Assembly: GCA_035760905.1 (NCBI GenBank)
Contig: DASTSC010000132.1
Span: 7,707-71,706, forward strand
Source: Candidatus Limnocylindrales bacterium
GTDB lineage: Bacteria > Chloroflexota > Limnocylindria > Limnocylindrales > CSP1-4
Length of the DNA stretch: 64,000 nt
Reading direction: 5' to 3'
Part shown: positions 57,270 through 64,000 of the stretch, piece by piece
How positions within the stretch are numbered: the first letter of the stretch is position 1
Layout of the letters: each line of letters starts with the position of its first letter
Program-made: the position numbers and the translations under genes
Notes under the pieces: model-generated
The model's database searches: none
What the model saw: the letters and a program-made list of their open reading frames with translations, nothing else
Told to the model about the DNA's origin: nothing

Positions 57270-57998
57270 ATGCCGGTCACCCCGTCGACCCGTCCCGAAC
57301 GGCGTCTCTGGCGCGACGGCCTGGCCCGCGTCGCCGGGGTCGACGAGGTCGGGGTCGCGCCAACCTGCGGGGCAGTGGTCGCGGCAGCCGTGATCATGAA
57401 GCCGTACTGCAGGCCGATCCCCGGCGTGCGCGACTCGAAGACGCTGTCCGCCCTCCAGCGCGAGCGGCTCGCCCCGCTCATCCGGCGCCGCGCGCTCGCG
57501 GTCGGCGTCGGCGCCGCCTCGGTCGTCGAGATCGATCGGATGAACATCTACCACGCGACGCATCTCGCGATGCGGCGGGCGATCGCCCGGGTGGGGGAGC
57601 ACGATCACGTCCTCGTCGACGGCCTCCGGATCGCCGAGTTCGAGGCGCACGTCGGGCCGTACACCGCGATCGTCGACGGCGACGCGCGCTGCTACTCGAT
57701 CGCCTGCGCGTCGGTCGTGGCGAAGGTCGTACGCGATCGGATGATGGCCAAGCTGGCCGCGCGATATCCGGCCTATGGCTGGGAGCGCAACGCCGGCTAC
57801 GCGACGCTCGAGCATCGGTCGGCCATCCGCGAGCACGGGCTCACGCCCTTCCATCGCCGGAGCTTCCCGGCCCTCCAGGCGTTGATCGCGGGCGACCAGG
57901 CCACGCTCGACGACCTGCTCGAGCCCCTCGACACCGTCCCCGACGTCGCCGAGCCGGCGGAGGCGCTCGCGACCCTCGCGCCGGCACTCGCCGGGTAG
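57270..57998 (+). CDS. rnhB: Ribonuclease HII
   Basis: AGVDEVG...DSK catalytic motifs, VDG...AKV; 242 aa. Confidence 0.9.
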   Translation: MPVTPSTRPERRLWRDGLARVAGVDEVGVAPTCGAVVAAAVIMKPYCRPIPGVRDSKTLSALQRERLAPLIRRRALAVGVGAASVVEIDRMNIYHATHLAMRRAIARVGEHDHVLVDGLRIAEFEAHVGPYTAIVDGDARCYSIACASVVAKVVRDRMMAKLAARYPAYGWERNAGYATLEHRSAIREHGLTPFHRRSFPALQALIAGDQATLDDLLEPLDTVPDVAEPAEALATLAPALAG

Positions 57999-58055
57999 AA
58001 GGGAAAGTACGGCCGGGATACGTCCCGGGTTGGCCGCTCCCCGTACTGTCCACGG

Positions 58056-58442
58056 GTGGCGGCGTCGACACGGGAGCGCGGTCTCGCGGCCGAGGCGCTC
58101 GTCGCCGCGCGGCTCGAGGCGGCGGGCTGGACGATCCTCGACCGAAACATCCGCGTCGGACGGCTCGAGATCGACCTCCTCGCGGTCGATCCGGGGCCGC
58201 CTGCCCGTCTCGTCGCGGTCGAGGTCCGAAGCCGGGGTCGCCGGGACTTCGGTCTGCCCGAGGAGACCGTGGATGGCCGAAAGCTCGGCCGCCTGCGCGC
58301 TGCGCTCGGAAGGCTCGCGGCGGAGGGCGCCCTGTCCGACGGACGTCGGCTGCCGCGGCTGCCACCGGCGATCGACGTCGTGGCCGTCGAGGCTCGACCG
58401 ACGGGCCCCACCGTTCGACACCTGAAGAGCGTGGGCGGATAG
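58056..58442 (+). CDS. yraN: YraN/UPF0102 family endonuclease-like protein
   Basis: GERGLAAEALVAARLEAAGWTILDRNIRVGRLEIDLLA...VAVEVRSR PD-(D/E)xK-like core. Confidence 0.75.
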   Translation: MAASTRERGLAAEALVAARLEAAGWTILDRNIRVGRLEIDLLAVDPGPPARLVAVEVRSRGRRDFGLPEETVDGRKLGRLRAALGRLAAEGALSDGRRLPRLPPAIDVVAVEARPTGPTVRHLKSVGG

Positions 58443-58768
58443 CGGCAGGCCGCGCCGATGGGCGCCGGCTTGCCGGATCGGGTGCCGGGTCCATGGGCAT
58501 TTCGGGGCACGGGAGGCCACAAGCTGGTCGGACGACCTCGGTCGCGCGCAGGGGACGGCCCGGACGTTCGCGATCGTGGCCACCGCCCGCAGCTACGACG
58601 CCTCCGCGACGGGCTTCCGCGTCCGGTTGAGCGTGCGATGACCATGCAGCCGGCACGGATGCCGACAAGGTCGCGACGCGGCCGCATACCCGCTCGCCTG
58701 CGCGATCGCGCCGGTCGCGACCCGGTCGCACGTGCGCTCGCGCCGGCCGGGCCGGTCACCGACGAGCC

Positions 58769-58779
58769 CTGTGCTATCC
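58769..58779 (+). promoter_or_regulatory. Extended -10-like element TGTGCTATCCT in the long rpsB leader
   Basis: Read directly; about 160 nt upstream of rpsB ATG. Confidence 0.3.
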
Positions 58780-58936
58780 TCCCGCGCGCCGCCGGACCCG
58801 GCGGTCCCGAGCGCAGACCGCGCCCGGAGCCCACACGCGGATCGTCCCGTCGGGACGGTGTCGGGCCCGCCCTGATCGGGCGCCTCGGCCCCCGGCGATC
58901 AGGATCCGCGGCGGAACCAACCGACCAGGAGGATCC

Positions 58937-59923
58937 ATGCCCCCCGTCTCGATGCGCCAGCTGCTTGAGGCCGGCGTCCACTTCGGCCACCAGACCCGCC
59001 GCTGGAACCCGAAGATGCGGCCGTTCATCTTCGCCGAGCGCAACGGGATCCACATCATCGATCTGGCCCAGACCGTCGAGCGGCTCGACGTCGCCCTCGA
59101 CTTCGTCCGGGAGACCGTGGCGCGCGGCGAGAGCGTCCTCTTCGTCGGAACAAAGAAGCAGGCCCAGGAGCCGGTCAGCCAGGAAGCGATCCGGGCGAAC
59201 CAGCCCTACGTCACGAAGCGCTGGCTCGGCGGGATGCTCACGAACTTCGTGACGATCCGCAAGCGGATCGGCCTCCTCGAGCAGCTCGAGGCGCGCCAGC
59301 AGTCCGGCGAGTTCGAGCGGATCCCCAAGAAGGAGGCGGCCGGACTGACCGAGGAGCTCAACCGGCTCGAGGCGATGCTCGGCGGCATCCGTCGGATGCG
59401 GCGCCTGCCGGGCGCGATCTTCATCGTCGACCCGCATCGCGAACGGATCGCTGTCACCGAGGCGAACAAGCTCGAGATCCCGGTCGTCGGCACGGGCGAC
59501 ACGAACGTCGATCCCGACGAGCTCGACTACATCATCCCCGCGAACGACGACGCGATCCGCTCGATCCGGCTCCTCTGTCAGCTCGTCGCCGACGCGGCGA
59601 TCCAGGGCGCGCAGGAGCGGGCGGCTCGCGCGGCCGCGGAGCCCGAGCCCGAGATCGAGGTCGAGGCGGCCGAGGCTGCCGAGGCCGCGTTCAGCGAGAG
59701 CGCCTCGGATGAGCTCGTCGCGGCGCTCGCGGGCGGCGGTGTCGTGAGCTTCGAGCCCGACCTCGACGAGGACGAGCTGCTGCCGGAGTCACGCCCGGCC
59801 GAGGCGGCGGGTGGCGACGGGACCCCGGCCGCCGCTGCGGCCGATCCTGCGGCGGCCGAATCTCCTGCCGCCGGCGCCCAGGCCGGCTCCGCGGCGTCCG
59901 GCCCCGCCGCCGGCGAATCCTGA
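58937..59923 (+). CDS. rpsB: 30S ribosomal protein S2 with about 90-aa Ala/Glu/Pro-rich acidic C-terminal tail
   Basis: [22 protein letters not shown]..., [15 protein letters not shown] motifs; low-complexity tail. Confidence 0.9.
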   Translation: MPPVSMRQLLEAGVHFGHQTRRWNPKMRPFIFAERNGIHIIDLAQTVERLDVALDFVRETVARGESVLFVGTKKQAQEPVSQEAIRANQPYVTKRWLGGMLTNFVTIRKRIGLLEQLEARQQSGEFERIPKKEAAGLTEELNRLEAMLGGIRRMRRLPGAIFIVDPHRERIAVTEANKLEIPVVGTGDTNVDPDELDYIIPANDDAIRSIRLLCQLVADAAIQGAQERAARAAAEPEPEIEVEAAEAAEAAFSESASDELVAALAGGGVVSFEPDLDEDELLPESRPAEAAGGDGTPAAAAADPAAAESPAAGAQAGSAASGPAAGES

Positions 59924-59987
59924 CTTCCACTCATCTTCCGGGCGCGGCAACGCGCTCGCGCCTTCGACGACAGGAGCACCAACCCGC

Positions 59988-60580
<593 letters not shown>

Positions 60581-60584
<4 letters not shown>

Positions 60585-61357
60585 CCGACGCGATCGCGGC
60601 CGGGGCGGCCGAGGCGCCGACCGGCGGCCTCCGCTACGGCCGGATCCTCCTCAAGCTGTCGGGCGAGGCGCTGCTCGGCGACCGGCCCTACGGCGTCGAT
60701 CCCGCATTCACGATGTTCATCGCCCGCCAGGTCGCCGGGTTGCACGCGCTCGGGACCGAGGTCGGTCTCGTCGTCGGCGGCGGCAACATCTTCCGCGGCC
60801 TCGCCGCGGCGTCGACGGGCATGGACCGGGCGATCGGCGACTACATCGGGATGCTCGCGACGGTCATGAACGGGCTCGCGCTCCAGGATGCGCTCGAGCA
60901 GCTCGAGGTCCCGACCCGGGTGATGAGCGCGATCGCGATGAACGAGATCGCGGAGCCGTACATCCGCCGACGGGCGATCCGGCACCTCGAGAAGGGCCGT
61001 GTCGCGATCTTCGTCGCCGGCACCGGCAATCCCTACTTCACGACGGACACCGCCGCGGCCCTTCGGGCGGTCGAGATCGACGCCGAGGTCCTGCTCAAGG
61101 CGACGAAGGTCGATGGTGTCTACGACTCGGATCCGGCGACGAACCCCGCGGCCCGGCGCTACAGTCGGCTCGACTACGCGGACCTCCTCCGGGACCAGCT
61201 CAAGGTCATGGACGCGGCCGCGATCTCGCTGTGCATGGAGAACGACCTTCCGATCGTCGTGTTCGACCTGAACACGCCGGACAACATCAGCCGTGTCGTC
61301 CGCGGCGAGCCCGTCGGCACCTGGATCGGCGGTGACGGAGAAGGGAGGCGGACGTGA
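60581..61357 (+). CDS. pyrH: UMP kinase
   Basis: [29 protein letters not shown] motifs; GTG overlaps tsf TGA. Confidence 0.9.
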
Positions 61358-61914
61358 GCAGCGAGGTCCTCGCCACCGCCGAGCGGAAGATGGCCCGCGC
61401 CGTCGAGGTCATGGAACGCGATCTCGCCGGGCTCCGGACCGGCCGCGCATCCACCTCGCTCGTGGAGCGCCTGCAGGTCGAGTACTACGGCACGCAGACG
61501 TCGCTGAACCAGCTCGCCGGGATCAGCGTCCCCGAATCGCACCAGATCGTCATCCAGCCCTGGGACCGGAGCGTCCTCGGCGCGATCGAGAAGGCGATCA
61601 TCAGGAGCGACATCGGTCTCGTCCCGAACGTCGACGGCGCCGTGGTCCGGCTCAACATCCCGCCGCTCACCGAGGAGCGTCGCAGGGACCTCGTCCGGCT
61701 CGTCCACAAGCGCATGGAAGAGGCGCGGGTCGAGATCCGGAACATCCGCCGCGAGGCGGCCGAGGCGACGAAGCGAGAGGAACGCGACGGCGACCTCGGC
61801 GCGGACGAGGCGCATCGCGAGCATGACGCCGTCCAGAAGCTGACCGACGGTTTCATCGCCGAGGTCGACCGCCTCGGCGCGGCCAAGGAACAGGAGGTCC
61901 TCGAGGTCGCGTGA
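61354..61914 (+). CDS. frr: Ribosome recycling factor
   Basis: [10 protein letters not shown]..., [16 protein letters not shown]; GTG overlaps pyrH TGA. Confidence 0.9.
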   Translation: MSSEVLATAERKMARAVEVMERDLAGLRTGRASTSLVERLQVEYYGTQTSLNQLAGISVPESHQIVIQPWDRSVLGAIEKAIIRSDIGLVPNVDGAVVRLNIPPLTEERRRDLVRLVHKRMEEARVEIRNIRREAAEATKREERDGDLGADEAHREHDAVQKLTDGFIAEVDRLGAAKEQEVLEVA

Positions 61915-62729
61915 TCCACCAGCGCGAGGGGGGTCGGGCCGTGTCGACGACCCCCGGCGTTCGGCCCGCGACGTCGCGGCGGATCGAGCAGCCCCCCGGC
62001 GACGCGCTCGTCGACACCCGTCCGGACGAGCCGCTCGCCGAACCGACCGACCTGCCGCGCCACGTCGCGATCATCATGGATGGCAATCGCCGCTGGGCCC
62101 GGGAACACGGCGTGCCGGAGGCCGAGGGTCACGCCGCGGGTGTCGAGGCCATCCGGCCGATCGTCCGCCAGTCCGTCCGGCGCGGGATCCAGGTCCTCTC
62201 GCTCTACGCCTTCAGCCGCGAGAACTGGTCCCGATCGAGTGACGAGGTCGCGACGCTGTTCGCGCTCCTCGAGCAGGCGATCCGCGACGAGACCGACGAG
62301 CTCCGCGAGGAAGGCGCCCAGGTCCGGGTGCTCGGACGGCTCGAGGAGCTGCCGCCGAGCACGCGGGCCTCGATCGGGGAGGCGGTCGCCGCGACCGCCG
62401 GCGGCGATCGGCTCGTCCTCAACGTCGCCTTCAACTACTCGAGCCGCCAGGAGCTCGTCGACGCCGCTCGGCGCTGTGTCGAGGACGGGCTGGCGCCCGA
62501 GGCGATCGACGAGGAGGCCCTCGACGCGCGGCTCTACACCGCCGGCCTGCCCGAGGTCGACCTCCTCATCCGGACGGGGGGCGAGCAGCGGATCAGCAAC
62601 TTCCTGCTCTGGCAGGCCCAGTACGCAGAGCTCTACTTCTGCAACGCGTTCTGGCCGGACTTCGGACCCGGCGCGTTCGACGAGGCGCTCCTCGAGTACG
62701 CCCGGCGTCATCGTCGGTTCGGCCGGTAG
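61911..62729 (+). CDS. uppS: Isoprenyl transferase (undecaprenyl-diphosphate synthase) with N-terminal extension
   Basis: HVAIIMDGNRRWA, LYAFSRENWSR, GGEQRISNFLLWQ motifs. Confidence 0.9.
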   Translation: MIHQREGGRAVSTTPGVRPATSRRIEQPPGDALVDTRPDEPLAEPTDLPRHVAIIMDGNRRWAREHGVPEAEGHAAGVEAIRPIVRQSVRRGIQVLSLYAFSRENWSRSSDEVATLFALLEQAIRDETDELREEGAQVRVLGRLEELPPSTRASIGEAVAATAGGDRLVLNVAFNYSSRQELVDAARRCVEDGLAPEAIDEEALDARLYTAGLPEVDLLIRTGGEQRISNFLLWQAQYAELYFCNAFWPDFGPGAFDEALLEYARRHRRFGR

Positions 62730-62739
62730 TCGGAACCCC

Positions 62740-63582
62740 GTGCTCCGCCAGCGTGCGCTGAGCGCGGCCGTCCTCGTCCCGCCACTCGTCGTCGTCCTGC
62801 TCCTCGGCGAGCCGTGGATCGCGCTCCTCGTCGCGCTCCTCGTGGCGGGCGCGGCGTTCGAGACGTTCCGGCTCCTGCGGGCGACCGGGTCGTCCGTCCT
62901 GACCGGCCTCGGCGTCGTGCTCGCGATCGGGCTGGCGGCCGCGTTCGCGGTCGACGCGCTCCCGGCGGCCGTCCCCGAGGCGGTCGCGCCGGTCCTGCTC
63001 GCGCTCGCCGTGGTCCTGGCGGCGGTCGGGGCGATGAACCGGCCGGACCCTCGGGACGGCTTCGGGACGTGGATCGCGACGACGTTCGGCGCGCTCTACG
63101 CCGCCCTCCTGGGGTTCGTCGCAGCCCTCGGCGCGGCCGGGCCGGCTCCCGCCGCGGGCGCCCCGCTCGCGCCGCTCGGCGCGGGACGCGGCTGGATCCT
63201 GGCCCTCGTCCTCGTCGTCTGGACGTTCGACACGGCCGCCTACGTCGTCGGGAGCCGGATCGGCGGGCCACGGTTCCTCCAGCACATCTCGCCGTCGAAG
63301 ACATGGGCCGGGTTCGTCGGAGGTCTCGTCGGATCGACGATCGTCGGGGCCGTCCTCGTCGCGGCGCTGGGGCACGGCTGGCCCGCGGGCGCGGGTCTCG
63401 GCGCGTTCGTCGGCCTCGCCGCCCAGGCCGGCGACCTCGCCGAGTCGATGCTCAAGCGGGCCGCCGGAGTCAAGGATTCGGGCACCCTCATCCCCGGCCA
63501 CGGCGGTCTCCTCGACCGCGTCGATTCGTTCCTCTTCGCGGCCCCGGTCGCGACCCTCTATGTCCTCGCGGTCTTCCGGTAG
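62740..63582 (+). CDS. cdsA: Phosphatidate cytidylyltransferase (GTG start)
   Basis: Multi-TM with C-terminal signature SPSKTWAGFVGG...SMLKRAAGVKDSG.LIPGHGGLLDRVDS. Confidence 0.8.
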   Translation: MLRQRALSAAVLVPPLVVVLLLGEPWIALLVALLVAGAAFETFRLLRATGSSVLTGLGVVLAIGLAAAFAVDALPAAVPEAVAPVLLALAVVLAAVGAMNRPDPRDGFGTWIATTFGALYAALLGFVAALGAAGPAPAAGAPLAPLGAGRGWILALVLVVWTFDTAAYVVGSRIGGPRFLQHISPSKTWAGFVGGLVGSTIVGAVLVAALGHGWPAGAGLGAFVGLAAQAGDLAESMLKRAAGVKDSGTLIPGHGGLLDRVDSFLFAAPVATLYVLAVFR

Positions 63583-64000
63583 GCCCCGGCTCGGGGTCGC
63601 GGTCCTCGGCTCGACTGGGTCGATCGGTCGCCAGGCGCTCGACGTTCTCGGCCGCCTCGAGGATCGGTTCCGCGTCGTGGCCCTCGCGGCCGGCCGCAAC
63701 GCCGACCTCCTCGCGAGCCAGGCCCGGCGGTTCCGGCCGGCCGCCGCCGCCCTCGCCGGCGGCGTCCTCGACCTCGACGCGCTCCCAGGTGGGACCGAGC
63801 GACTGGACGCGCCGGACGCGCTCGAGGTGCTCGCCGTCCGGCCGGACGTCGACATCGTCGTCGTGGGCACCGGCGGGATCGTCTCGCTCGGCCCGGTCCT
63901 CGCCGCCCTCGAGGCCGGCAAGGTCGTGGCGACCGCGAACAAGGAGACGCTCGTCGCCGGCGGTCACCTCGTGATGCCGCTCGCCCGGGCGCTCGCCGCG
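63560..64000 (+). CDS. dxr: 1-deoxy-D-xylulose-5-phosphate reductoisomerase, N-terminal part; 3' end lies outside window
   Basis: VAVLGSTGSIGRQALDV NADPH-binding Rossmann motif; ATG 63560 overlaps the cdsA 3' end by 23 nt; frame open to window edge. Confidence 0.8.
   Translation, partial: MSSRSSGRPRLGVAVLGSTGSIGRQALDVLGRLEDRFRVVALAAGRNADLLASQARRFRPAAAALAGGVLDLDALPGGTERLDAPDALEVLAVRPDVDIVVVGTGGIVSLGPVLAALEAGKVVATANKETLVAGGHLVMPLARALAA

Noticed and set aside
58458-59252. 264-aa plus-strand ORF across the rpsB leader into rpsB
   Set aside because: Arg-rich, wrong frame relative to the S2 motifs; region is more plausibly non-coding leader

Overview
This window is a very GC-rich (about 72-73 %), densely packed, mostly plus-strand chromosomal core segment. 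I call about 70 protein genes and 8 tRNAs. I found no CRISPR array, no rRNA, no transposase or integrase, and no compositional island. The content is housekeeping (translation, replication restart, lipid and cell-envelope synthesis), and the gene order is the ancient Gram-positive (Firmicutes-like) one. The conserved blocks are rapZ-yvcK-whiA; tpiA-gpmA-secG; rpsF-ssb-rpsR; ileS-lspA-rluD-gmk-priA; def-fmt-rlmN-rpe; the divergently oriented rpmB / DAK2(yloV)-recG pair; rsmD-coaD; yceD-rpmF-plsX-nusB-acpP-rnc-smc-ftsY-ffh-rpsP-KH-rimM-trmD-rplS-rnhB-yraN; and rpsB-tsf-pyrH-frr-uppS-cdsA-dxr. Several 'expected' neighbours are missing: gap/pgk, rplI, rpoZ/coaBC/metK, fabD/fabG and lepB. Many adjacent genes have overlapping stop/start codons (GTGA/ATGA), which is the kind of overlap associated with translational coupling. 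Accessory-looking pockets sit next to the tRNA genes: a deacetylase / acetyltransferase / MFS trio; LemA-HtpX-patatin; and an orphan TadZ/CpaE-like REC-ATPase with two small proteins. There is also a GT2 processive glycosyltransferase (QxxRW) beside a multi-TM LCP protein. The observations I rate highest: (i) two conserved genes have no canonical start codon at their homology-defined N-termini, namely DAK2/YloV and a coiled-coil protein between coaD and yceD; the latter is absent from the ORF track, has ATC 7 nt after a GGAGGG Shine-Dalgarno, and is in frame with the coaD stop. (ii) Rpe carries a roughly 100-aa C-terminal extension of unknown fold whose stop codon overlaps the GTG start of a PAP2 membrane phosphatase. 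(iii) NusB sits where fabD/fabG normally lie. (iv) A 494-nt coding-free leader lies upstream of rpsB. All long antisense ORFs in the track are Arg/Ala-rich, consistent with spurious open frames in GC-rich DNA, and were rejected.
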